IMG/VR virus record: IMGVR_UViG_3300045988_096302
Strand: one strand, 5' to 3'
DNA from: a virus
DNA length: 60,112 nt
Positions within the stretch are counted from its first letter, which is position 1; the number at the start of each line of letters is the position of its first letter. This document shows positions 1 through 8,450 of this stretch, piece after piece. The notes beneath the pieces were generated by a model, which saw nothing but the letters and a program-made list of their open reading frames with translations, did not search any database and was not told where the DNA came from. The position numbers were made by a program, and so were the translations under genes.

Positions 1-55
1 TTCCTGAAGGCTATGAAGCTCACATTGCTCCACGATCTAGCCTATTCCAGAACAC
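1..55. repeat. 55-nt terminal duplication, identical to 60058..60112 (circular-assembly overlap)
   Basis: ttcctgaaggctatgaagctcacattgctccacgatctagcctattccagaacac is present at both window ends. Confidence 0.95.
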
Positions 56-278
56 AGGATTGCTTCTCACTAATGGAGTAGGTGTTATTGATAACTCTTA
101 CTGTGGTGATGAAGATTATTGGGGAGCTAAGTTCTATGCTACATGTGATGGACTTATTGAAGAAGGACAGCGCTTGTGTCAATTCAGAATTATTGAAAAC
201 CAACCTAATATTCATTTTAAAGAAGTTGACCACTTAGGTAATGAAAACCGTGGTGGTTATGGAAGCACAGGAAAGTAG
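1..278 (+). CDS. dut: dUTP diphosphatase (dUTPase), 3' portion; the CDS continues from 59859..60112 across the duplicated junction
   Basis: Translation shows GVGVIDNSYCGDEDYW and ENRGGYGSTGK, both dUTPase motifs. The frame (phase starts at nt 3) is continuous with the open frame at the window end (AMDIPEGYEAHIAPRSSLFQN). Confidence 0.85.
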   Translation, partial: PEGYEAHIAPRSSLFQNTGLLLTNGVGVIDNSYCGDEDYWGAKFYATCDGLIEEGQRLCQFRIIENQPNIHFKEVDHLGNENRGGYGSTGK

Positions 279-284
279 GAACAC

Positions 285-1052
285 ATGAAATTACAAAAAC
301 TAACTAAAATTAAATTACACACACTGACAACATTCTATGGTGAACCTGGATCAGGTAAAACTACCTTCATCAATACACTCCCAGGAAAAGTATTGGTGAT
401 TGATACTGACCGTGGATTGGCTTCAGTAGCTCCTGATGATCGTTTTGCTGTAGCAGAATGTCACACATGGGATGATGTAGAGGAAGCTATGAACTTTGCT
501 AAAGGCTTTGATAGCATTGCTGTGGATCACTTCACAGGAGTGCAAGAGCTTTTGTACAAGGATTTAATGGCTAAGAAAAATGCTAAACAGATGTCACTTA
601 ATCTGTATGGTGAAGCATCAACTATCCTCAAAGGACTTATTGATGAACTTGTGGCTATATCCTATGCAGGTAAGAATGTGTATGTTATCTGCCAGCAAAA
701 ATCAGTCAACCTTGAGGATGTAGTTGATGAAAACATTCCAGCATCTATCGTCCCTAACTTAATGGAAAGTGTTGGTAAATACCTTACAGCATCAAGTCGT
801 GTTATTGGACACACTGAGCGAGTACTCAAGTCTAAAGTAGTTAAGGGTGTTAAGAAGTCTAAAGATTTCTACCAAGTACGTTTGTCAGGAAACCCTGCAT
901 ACAACTTGAAGGTAACTCGTAAACCTGGACTATCAATTCCTGAAACTGTGATTAACCCTACTTGGGAAACAATTGTAGGATACACAGATGGAACAACACA
1001 AGCTAAAGAAGCTAAAGCAAAAGAAACAAAAGAAGAAGCTAAAGGAGAATAA
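285..1052 (+). CDS. Sak4-like recombination ATPase (AAA_24-type)
   Basis: N-terminal Walker A FYGEPGSGKTTF and VLVIDTDRG. It is directly followed by a DUF669-like SSB partner, as in Sak4 modules. Confidence 0.7.
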   Translation: MKLQKLTKIKLHTLTTFYGEPGSGKTTFINTLPGKVLVIDTDRGLASVAPDDRFAVAECHTWDDVEEAMNFAKGFDSIAVDHFTGVQELLYKDLMAKKNAKQMSLNLYGEASTILKGLIDELVAISYAGKNVYVICQQKSVNLEDVVDENIPASIVPNLMESVGKYLTASSRVIGHTERVLKSKVVKGVKKSKDFYQVRLSGNPAYNLKVTRKPGLSIPETVINPTWETIVGYTDGTTQAKEAKAKETKEEAKGE

Positions 1053-1054
1053 CT

Positions 1055-1492
1055 ATGTCAAAACTATCATTTAAAGCAAAAGCACCTGAAGTCCGTGAAT
1101 TTATTTACACACCAGGACGATATGAAGTACTTGTGGAAGCTGTAGAGCAAGGAACTAACCAAAACACAGGAGCACTTTTCTACAAGTTTGTGCTTCGTGG
1201 TAACTTTGGTGAAAACCTTACAATGTTCAACTTATTTGTACGTGACAATACTTATGGACAAGAACAACTCTACAAGATCATTGAAGCTGTAGGTCTTGAT
1301 CCTAACTCAGATGATATTGACACAGATGATATTGTAGGTAAGTACATGGGAGTTGAGATCAAAGAAGGTGACCCATACCAAGGTAAACGTCAATTCAATG
1401 TACGTGACATCTTTGCCCTTGATGAAGAAGACGAAGATGAAGAAGGCTCAACAGACTCGGATGCAGATGATGATTGGGAAGATGCAGAATAA
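1055..1492 (+). CDS. DUF669-like single-strand DNA-binding protein with acidic C-terminal tail
   Basis: RBS GGAG upstream. N-terminal YTPGRYEVLVEAVEQGTNQNTG pattern and a C-terminal DEEDEDEEGSTDSDADDDWEDAE tail typical of SSB-type proteins. Confidence 0.55.
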   Translation: MSKLSFKAKAPEVREFIYTPGRYEVLVEAVEQGTNQNTGALFYKFVLRGNFGENLTMFNLFVRDNTYGQEQLYKIIEAVGLDPNSDDIDTDDIVGKYMGVEIKEGDPYQGKRQFNVRDIFALDEEDEDEEGSTDSDADDDWEDAE

Positions 1493-1498
1493 TTAAGT

Positions 1499-1743
1499 GG
1501 TATCCCTAGTGGATACCTTACACGGAGTAGCTAGGATCTCCTTATAGATTACATTTTTATTTCGATTGCCAGCACTTGTGATTCCCACACTAGCTACTCT
1601 CTGTAAGGTATTTACTTTTTTAACAAGCCTAGTTAGTACAAAAAGACTTTCCATAGATATTTCTACACCCAAAGTTATTCTCACAATTTATGTTCCTATT
1701 TATATTTTTTGATTTCGCTTCTATTACCCAACTAACTAGGCTT
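1499..1743 (+). ncRNA. candidate structured RNA / 5' leader: one local hairpin plus two long-range helices in a 270-bp gap
   Basis: GGTATCC/GGATACC hairpin at 1499..1517. 18-bp helix 1516..1533 with 1591..1608 (one mismatch, one G-T), followed by a T-run. Perfect 13-bp helix 1625..1637 with 1731..1743, ending 4 nt before the RBS of the 1763 gene. Confidence 0.3.
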
Positions 1744-1762
1744 CTTAAAGGAGTAAATATGA

Positions 1763-2653
1763 ATGAATAAACTTGAAGAGTTTAAGCTCTATGTGTTAAA
1801 GCGTAGAGATGCCTTTGAGCACAAGTACAGAATAGGTAACAAGACTGTGGGAGATCTTTACAGATATGATCTTCCTAACAATCTAAAATACCTTGATGAC
1901 ATGTCTCAAATGTTTATTAGAACACTAAACACAGCTAGAGTACCCCTAAGGGATAAACTACTTACTGTGTATGTTTATCGCTATATAGGTCATGAAAAGT
2001 ATGTCAGAAGATGTACTAATGAACATGATGTAATCACAATACATCAACTAGAGAAGTTAGCAACTAAGCTTAACTCAGCTAAGGCTAAACTTTCTCCTAA
2101 CTACAAGTCTCCTGCTATTCAGGTAATGACTAGAGAGCTTAATAGAGGAGAAAGGTTTCTTGCTTCCTGTGCAGATTTCATTGACAAGCTTCCTGATGAT
2201 CTATTCTATGGATGGAAGTGTAGTGAGATCTATAGATACTATAATAAGAAGTGTGATGTGTATGGACTGAGTAAGTTCACAGCTTATAACCTAGCTACTG
2301 ACCTAGCTTACATTAATGAGCTACACATTGAACTAGACTTTATTAATGGATGCTCACCTAGCATGAGAAAGATGTACCTTGAAATTGTAGAGAAGGATAG
2401 GTTTAATGCACAGGAGTATAAGAAGTTTGCTATTGACTTTATGAAGTGGTATCTAGATCAGCCTTTTGCAGATAGCAAAGAGAGGATCATTACCCCTAAT
2501 GATGTAGGACACATGCTTGTAGCTTACTATAAGCTCACAAGAGGTATGTGCAAGATTAGATACCCTAAGAAGACTAGGGCTAAGGTCAGTGACTTGGTAA
2601 TATCAAGGAGTATGTATGAATTTTATAAAGGTGTACCAAGTGAAACTGATTGA
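1763..2653 (+). CDS. hypothetical protein (296 aa)
   Basis: Long ORF with RBS AAAGGAG 9 nt upstream of the ATG. An upstream ATG at 1759 terminates after 3 codons. Confidence 0.6.
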   Translation: MNKLEEFKLYVLKRRDAFEHKYRIGNKTVGDLYRYDLPNNLKYLDDMSQMFIRTLNTARVPLRDKLLTVYVYRYIGHEKYVRRCTNEHDVITIHQLEKLATKLNSAKAKLSPNYKSPAIQVMTRELNRGERFLASCADFIDKLPDDLFYGWKCSEIYRYYNKKCDVYGLSKFTAYNLATDLAYINELHIELDFINGCSPSMRKMYLEIVEKDRFNAQEYKKFAIDFMKWYLDQPFADSKERIITPNDVGHMLVAYYKLTRGMCKIRYPKKTRAKVSDLVISRSMYEFYKGVPSETD

Positions 2654-2819
2654 TGAGCTTGGTAATTGTTACTATGATGAAACTATCTGTGGCTTTAAGA
2701 AGAGACAGAAGTTCATTAAGAAATGGTCAGGAGATGATCAGATTACTAGAGTTCAAAAAGGTGATATAACTATTTATATAAAGAACTGTGGAGAGGAGTT
2801 ATGGTCGTATGAATGTTGA
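2616..2819 (+). CDS. hypothetical protein (67 aa)
   Basis: ATG preceded by AAGGAG. Overlaps the end of the previous gene in the same direction. Confidence 0.45.
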   Translation: MNFIKVYQVKLIDELGNCYYDETICGFKKRQKFIKKWSGDDQITRVQKGDITIYIKNCGEELWSYEC

Positions 2820-3111
2820 TATTGAAAAGGTTAAGTTAGCAGAAGAGCCTAAGTCATCATCTGCTAAGGCATCTGATGAGTACATCAAGCTAGAAAGAGA
2901 GTTTGATAAGCTTACTGAAGCAATTAAGCTTTCACATAGCACAAGAGAGAGAAAAGCTATGAGAGCACGAAAAAAGAAGATCCGTGAACAACAGAACCTT
3001 CTTTACTATCAAATGCTTTACTCAGGCTACATTGAGTACACTCAGACTGTGCTAGGGTTATCTACACCACAAGCGCTGTATAAGAGACTTAAGAAGCACA
3101 AGAAAAAATAA
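2809..3111 (+). CDS. small basic protein, possible C-terminal helix-turn-helix regulator
   Basis: ATG at 2809 lies 10 nt after GAGAGGAG (the ORF-track start at 2788 is GTG). The C-terminus TQTVLGLSTPQALYKRLKKHKKK resembles a sigma region-4-type HTH. Confidence 0.45.
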   Translation: MNVDIEKVKLAEEPKSSSAKASDEYIKLEREFDKLTEAIKLSHSTRERKAMRARKKKIREQQNLLYYQMLYSGYIEYTQTVLGLSTPQALYKRLKKHKKK

Positions 3112-3133
3112 AGAGAGCAATTAAGCTCTCTTT
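3110..3133. terminator. bidirectional rho-independent terminator between the convergent arms
   Basis: AAAGAGAGC-aattaa-GCTCTCTTT, a perfect 9-bp stem. It is flanked by an A-run upstream and ttatttt downstream, so there is a T-run on both strands. Confidence 0.8.
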
Positions 3134-3979
3134 TTATTTTGGACAATTACAGTCATCCTTAGGAAGTTCTGTAAGTTTAAGACATTCAGGAGTATCTTGT
3201 GCATCCATGATAGGAGTGTACTCTAGCTTGAATTGGTGTACACGGAATACACCTGAAGAAGAGTTAGCAGGCTCTACTCTCACCTTGACGTGCTGTCCAG
3301 CAGGTACAATAATACTATCAGACATTTCCATAGCACCATCTGAGATACCAGTCATCTGCCAGTGTACTCCACGGTTCTTTCTAAGGTCTTCAGTATACTG
3401 TTCTCCTGAGTGGTATACTACAATCTCCATTGTGTTATCTTGTGCTGGATTGAGTGTAGTACCATCTGCACACCATCTGATGTAAACACGGTACTTACGG
3501 TCAGTTTGCTTTCTTCTACCATCATCAGACTCACCAGCTACAACTCCTGTAGTAGAGTCCATGTAGAGGTCTAAGTCATAACCATCTGTGATAGGATGAT
3601 AGAAGTCAGCAGATGATACAGCAGAGTTTCTAGCATAGTTTACTTGAACAGCACCTACATCACCCATCTTAGATAGGTATTCAGCCATACACTGAACCAT
3701 ATCCCACAATGCACAGATGTTTTGAATGTAGTGGTTAAGTTGACAAGCCAGCTTCTTCATGAATGAACTGAAGAACTTGGGATTGTAGCATTTCTGACTC
3801 TCAGCCATACATGCAAACCGTCCTACACCCTTGTTATTCTCATCTACTAGTCGTTGACAATCTGCAACAGGAATTTCATCACAGTCACATTCATCATACC
3901 AACAGCGATCCTTAGGATTCTCACCATAACTAGTGAATGTTGCTTCATTCAGTCTAGTTGTTTTATCATCAATAGCCAT
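3134..3979 (-). CDS. fibre/receptor-binding-like protein with Cys-rich N-terminal module (paralog family)
   Basis: ATG overlaps the upstream stop (TAATG). N-terminal CWYDECDCD...ACQLNHYIQNICALWDMVQC resembles the N-termini of 7888, 8451 and 9743. Last gene of the - arm. Confidence 0.5.
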   Translation of the reverse strand: MAIDDKTTRLNEATFTSYGENPKDRCWYDECDCDEIPVADCQRLVDENNKGVGRFACMAESQKCYNPKFFSSFMKKLACQLNHYIQNICALWDMVQCMAEYLSKMGDVGAVQVNYARNSAVSSADFYHPITDGYDLDLYMDSTTGVVAGESDDGRRKQTDRKYRVYIRWCADGTTLNPAQDNTMEIVVYHSGEQYTEDLRKNRGVHWQMTGISDGAMEMSDSIIVPAGQHVKVRVEPANSSSGVFRVHQFKLEYTPIMDAQDTPECLKLTELPKDDCNCPK

Positions 3980-5385
3980 TAGTCACCAATCTTTCCTTGT
4001 GCTTTCCACTTACCACCCTTACGAATACGTGAAGGTGAGTAGTTTTCTTTACCAGTATCAGTAGCATAGATTTCAGCATTAGGTTTAGTATCCCAAAAGT
4101 TTTGGTTAGCTGTCCTTCTAATCTTCATCCACTGTCTTGTAGTGTTAAGAGACTTCCAAGCATTAGACTTTCTAATAGCCCATGGTCTAATCTTAGCATT
4201 TTCTGTGTAGTACACAGTAATGACATTGTTACCTTCAACCACAGTGTGAGTATAGGTAGTCTTCTCAGGGGCATAGTTAGTGATAGCAGGAGCATTGTAG
4301 TTCACATTGCTACCAATAGTCTGATTACTTAGAGTTACATCCCCACGTAGTGGTTGATTATTAGCCTTATTAAGATGCTTAACAATAACATTAGCAGTAG
4401 TGGGAATCTTCTCATACCTGAAGGTGTAGTTTCCATTACCAGTTACTCTAGGTACATTGATAGGGTTCTGACCTGGTACAAGTCTATAACCTTGGATGCT
4501 AGGAGGATCTTTCCTGAAAGGATCTCCATGAGTCACAGGAGTGTAACTTTGAGTCTGAATCTCTCTTCCTGTGTCCTTATCAATGAACTTAACAATCTGT
4601 CCATAGATAGGGTTGTATCTAAAGATAAGTTCCTTAGTTTGTCCTGAAGGAATCCATGTAATCTGATTCCTATCTCCAATTAGCTTATATGTTGCCTTAT
4701 AAATCTCAGGAGCAGTGTGTGACTGACTTGCATCACCAGGTACTTTCTTAGTCTCAGTACTAAGTACAGCTCCCGTAACATTGTCTACATACTTGATTAC
4801 AAGTGTACCTTCTTTAGGAGCTTGAGGAACATTAAGGATGCTTGTATTAGGCACAGTCAAACTGAATGACACAGTAGCAGTTGTTGGACTAAACTGCCAT
4901 TGGTCAATAGTAGTGGCTACATCACCTCTTTGTTCATTAACCTTTGATGAGATCTCAACATCATTAATATTTAACTGTTTATTGATTGTCTCAGTCCAGT
5001 TATTACCAAAGGCTGGGTCATAGGACTTATTGAAGATCATCCCTTGTGGAGTGTTAATTCCATATGAGGCATTACCAAAAGCTCCTGAAATTGTAAGTCC
5101 TGGTGTCTTAGTATAGGACACTGACTTGATTACAGCTCTTGTGTGTCTAGCTTTAACTTTAGTACCTTCTACCACAAGGTCATAGTAGATACTACCTTCA
5201 GTGTTTACATAACCAACAGCAATTTGACCACCATCAACAGAAGGAACAAGCATAGGGTTTTCAATCCTAAAACTGTTCCCACTGATATAGGTCTTAGTAC
5301 CACTGTCAGTAGAGTAGATATTAAGGCTTAGGGCTTGCCTTACCTTAGTAATCTGTTCCTGATTAAGTGTAGCTTGATCTGCCAT
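3979..5385 (-). CDS. tail fibre-like protein with three MucBP-like repeats
   Basis: RBS AGGAGG. The three repeats are LVIKYVDNVTGAVL...ELIFRYNP, IVKFIDKDTGREI...QGYRLV...YTFRYEK and VIVKHLNKANNQPL...NVITVYYTEN. Confidence 0.55.
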   Translation of the reverse strand: MADQATLNQEQITKVRQALSLNIYSTDSGTKTYISGNSFRIENPMLVPSVDGGQIAVGYVNTEGSIYYDLVVEGTKVKARHTRAVIKSVSYTKTPGLTISGAFGNASYGINTPQGMIFNKSYDPAFGNNWTETINKQLNINDVEISSKVNEQRGDVATTIDQWQFSPTTATVSFSLTVPNTSILNVPQAPKEGTLVIKYVDNVTGAVLSTETKKVPGDASQSHTAPEIYKATYKLIGDRNQITWIPSGQTKELIFRYNPIYGQIVKFIDKDTGREIQTQSYTPVTHGDPFRKDPPSIQGYRLVPGQNPINVPRVTGNGNYTFRYEKIPTTANVIVKHLNKANNQPLRGDVTLSNQTIGSNVNYNAPAITNYAPEKTTYTHTVVEGNNVITVYYTENAKIRPWAIRKSNAWKSLNTTRQWMKIRRTANQNFWDTKPNAEIYATDTGKENYSPSRIRKGGKWKAQGKIGD

Positions 5386-6356
5386 TAACTAATACCTCCT
5401 GCAAGGTCATTCTCAGTCTTGCCATTGTTAGTTCTAATGAATGCACTACCATCCACAGTTCCACCAAAGAGGTTAATATTACCTGTGGCAATGTGTCTAT
5501 CAGGGTACAGATTACCCTCAAAGATAGTTCCACCTGTTTGTTTCCATGCTCCTGAACCTTTAAGATCCTGTAGAAGTTTCTCAAAAGCACCTTTGAGTTT
5601 ATTGTACTCATTTTTAAGTGTAGTAAACTCTTCAGGTGACACATATTGAGGCAGAGTTACCTTATTACCTCCACTAAGTGATAACTCTCTTGTATTAGCA
5701 TTGAATGTTAAATTTTTCCACAGACTAGTACTGTAATTACCAATACCCTGAACTTTGACATTGTTTCCACTTACTTCTATGACTTTCCAAATACCTCTGT
5801 TGATAGTATTTTGGTCTGAATAGAAGTCTTCTACTGTATCCCCTACTTTAATACCATCAGGGTTCCTAAAGTTAGTCTTTTGTACAGTACGAGTGTTATT
5901 TGTATCAGCAGTACCAGGAATATCTCCATCATAGAACCTATGGATACTTTGTGAAGGAAGAGTAACTGAGTTACCACCACTAATTGATAATGTATTATTG
6001 TTAACTGTAAGAGTTTGCTTATCATTATCAGGTCTAGCTTCTAGATCACTAACTCTTTTCTTAAGCGCTGTGTCATCATAAGGCACAGAAGTGTTAGGCA
6101 CAGGAAGTTCAACTTCACCTCCATCATTAGATAGGATCAGCTTATTCCCTTGCTTAGAGATTGTCTGCTTATCATTAGGTAGAGTAACTGAGTTGCCATT
6201 ACTAATAGATAAGTTCCTATTACCTGCATTAAAGGTTAAAGTCTGCTTATCATTATCAGGCTTGTTCTCTAACGCTGTGATTCTAGTCTTCAGAGGAGTA
6301 TCATCATAGGATGTAGTAGTAGGCTTATCTGTTATTTTATATACTGTTTTTGACAT
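5385..6356 (-). CDS. tail fibre protein with YDDTxLKxR and DKQTLTxxxNxLSISxGNSVTLP repeats
   Basis: Internal duplicated motifs. Its C-terminal about 60 aa are homologous to the C-terminus of 7888..8442. Confidence 0.55.
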   Translation of the reverse strand: MSKTVYKITDKPTTTSYDDTPLKTRITALENKPDNDKQTLTFNAGNRNLSISNGNSVTLPNDKQTISKQGNKLILSNDGGEVELPVPNTSVPYDDTALKKRVSDLEARPDNDKQTLTVNNNTLSISGGNSVTLPSQSIHRFYDGDIPGTADTNNTRTVQKTNFRNPDGIKVGDTVEDFYSDQNTINRGIWKVIEVSGNNVKVQGIGNYSTSLWKNLTFNANTRELSLSGGNKVTLPQYVSPEEFTTLKNEYNKLKGAFEKLLQDLKGSGAWKQTGGTIFEGNLYPDRHIATGNINLFGGTVDGSAFIRTNNGKTENDLAGGIS

Positions 6357-7888
6357 TAGTTTAACCTCGGTAAGTAATAGAATTTGTTGTCAGTAGGGTT
6401 CTTCAATACAACAGTACCTTGAACAGATTGCATGAAGAATTTTGCGTTCTTAATAGTCATATTAAGTCTACCAATAACTTCTTCATTCTTCTTAACTTCA
6501 ATCTCTATAGGTTCTTCTGACTCTAATTCTTCTTTAGTTATGAAGTGAGTGTAGTGTTCTGCTTTAGACTCAGTAATTATAGTCCATATAATCTTTGGAA
6601 TAAACCTGAATACTACTTTGTTGTTACTATTCCATATTCCTAATATACCTACTTCAAGTTTCAATTCTTGTGGCTGTATAAAACTAGCAGATCCAGATAT
6701 TCCTTGACTACTTGTAGACAAAACACTTAGAGTAACAGACTCACTAGAGAAGCTTTTATGTAAGTTAAACTCTCCATAGTCATATGATCCTGCATAGTCT
6801 AGTATTAAGCCTGCCTCTAATATAGTATTACGACGAATTGTACCATCATTGTCAATACTATATAATTGGTTATCTAGTGTATCATAACCAAAGTCAGGTT
6901 TAAAAATTGTCCTGTTCTCAGGAGTCAATTTTTTGAAAAGCCCTCCATTTTTTGTATTATAGGGAACTTGTCTAGAAGTATCCGTAGCCATCTCAATATG
7001 AAATGTACCATCAGCATCTAGGATTAGACCATTACCCTTAGCTTTGTATACTTTAGGCTCTACATTAGCAGGTAGTTCAATAGAGTTACCATTAGAAATG
7101 CTAAGAGTATTACCATTAAGTGTGAGAGTTTGATTATCACTAGGTAAAGTAACTGAATTACCTTCTGAGATTGATAAAACTCTATCAGATAAAGTTAAAG
7201 ATTGTTTAGGGTGATTATAAGTTAGGTCATTCACACCATTTAGAGTAACAGTGTTACCATCCACAGAAGCTACTTTAAACATGCCAATATTATATAGTTC
7301 TTTATTCCAATAGTGATCTACTACTGTATCACCTACTTTAATAGTATCAGCATTTACAAGCTTATCCTTTGTGACACGTACATTCTGTGAAGTACCATTA
7401 CCTGAGATATCACCTTTAGCAAAGAAAGTATTTACTCCAGTAGGTGTCACAGGCTTGTCTTCTAAGGCTTTAATTCTAGCCTTCAATGCAGTATCATCAT
7501 AGGCTAAGGCTACAGTGTCTTTATCCTCAAACTCTACCTCTTTAATAGTACCATCTACAAGTGTGTAGGTAAGTTTTACCTTATTACCATTTCTTGATAC
7601 ATTCACAGAAGAGATAAAGTTATCTGTTTTACCCTCTAAGGCTTTTAGTCTATTAATCACAGCGGTATCATCATAAGTAACTCCACCACCTTGACCATTC
7701 ACTTTAATCCATCTAGTTCTATCAGGAGAAAGAATAAACAGATCTCCATTAGGAAGAAGATACATGTGATCTCTATCTCCCATAAACACATCAGGTAGTT
7801 TATCCACAGGGGCTACCCAAGTGTCCTCAGCAGGCATACACTGAGTGCACCATGTGTTAGGGTTTCCACTACAAGTTGTACATCCCAT
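6356..7888 (-). CDS. tail fibre / receptor-binding-like protein (510 aa)
   Basis: RBS AGGAGG. N-terminal MGCTTCSGNPNTWCTQC. It shares an about 80-aa module (YDDTAVINRLKALEGKTDNF...AYDDTALKARIKALE) with 13139..14104. Confidence 0.55.
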   Translation of the reverse strand: MGCTTCSGNPNTWCTQCMPAEDTWVAPVDKLPDVFMGDRDHMYLLPNGDLFILSPDRTRWIKVNGQGGGVTYDDTAVINRLKALEGKTDNFISSVNVSRNGNKVKLTYTLVDGTIKEVEFEDKDTVALAYDDTALKARIKALEDKPVTPTGVNTFFAKGDISGNGTSQNVRVTKDKLVNADTIKVGDTVVDHYWNKELYNIGMFKVASVDGNTVTLNGVNDLTYNHPKQSLTLSDRVLSISEGNSVTLPSDNQTLTLNGNTLSISNGNSIELPANVEPKVYKAKGNGLILDADGTFHIEMATDTSRQVPYNTKNGGLFKKLTPENRTIFKPDFGYDTLDNQLYSIDNDGTIRRNTILEAGLILDYAGSYDYGEFNLHKSFSSESVTLSVLSTSSQGISGSASFIQPQELKLEVGILGIWNSNNKVVFRFIPKIIWTIITESKAEHYTHFITKEELESEEPIEIEVKKNEEVIGRLNMTIKNAKFFMQSVQGTVVLKNPTDNKFYYLPRLN

Positions 7889-8442
7889 TAGTTAATACCT
7901 CCTGCCAAGTCATTTTCTGTTTTACCATTATTAGTACGGATGAAGAAGTCACTATCCACTGTGTTAGAGAACAAGTTGATATTACCTGTTGCAATATTTC
8001 TTCTAGGCACAAAGTCTCCTTCAAGACCTCCTTGCCAAGCTCCACTAGCAGTTAGGTTGTTAATGATCTTCATCAAAGCATTTTTAAGTCTAGTATTCTC
8101 AGCTCTAAGATCAGCATCATTATAAGCAGGAGAAGGTGTTGGAATAGTACCTGTAAATGAGATAACTCCATCATTTGAGATACTGATATCCTTACCTGCC
8201 TTGTATGTTTTACCTCCTGAGCTATTATCCATCAACCAGCACAGCTGTGAGGTGATGTTCTTATTAAAACACCACTGTGAATACATAGCTTTAGATGTTT
8301 GCTCAGGTAGGTCACAAAGAGTTGTATCCCTTAGCACAAGGGAATGAAGTTTAATTCTGTCATCATTTTGCTTTTTAAGAGATGCACAGGCTGTTGATCC
8401 TGGTACAATCTCTTCACATTGACAGTTAATACAATCTGACAT
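7888..8442 (-). CDS. Cys-rich-N-terminus fibre-associated protein (184 aa)
   Basis: N-terminal MSDCINCQCEE...WCFNKNITSQLCW. C-terminal IATGNINLF...FIRTNNGKTENDLAGGIN is shared with 5385..6356. Confidence 0.5.
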   Translation of the reverse strand: MSDCINCQCEEIVPGSTACASLKKQNDDRIKLHSLVLRDTTLCDLPEQTSKAMYSQWCFNKNITSQLCWLMDNSSGGKTYKAGKDISISNDGVISFTGTIPTPSPAYNDADLRAENTRLKNALMKIINNLTASGAWQGGLEGDFVPRRNIATGNINLFSNTVDSDFFIRTNNGKTENDLAGGIN

Positions 8443-8450
8443 AATTTCTC

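Noticed and set aside
1493-1684. A 63-aa - strand ORF in the SSB/1763 gap.
   Set aside because: It runs on the opposite strand to all neighbours, has no RBS, and spans the long-range helices. The region is better explained as structured non-coding sequence.
1763-2653. Whether the 296-aa protein is a thymidine-hypermodification (aGPT-pyrophosphorylase-like) enzyme, based on a GLSKFTAYNLATDLAY segment.
   Set aside because: The idea rests only on a vague remembered motif. No dUMP hydroxymethylase or 5-hmdU DNA kinase partner is present. It would need hmmscan against the aGPT-Pplase clades before it is worth claiming.
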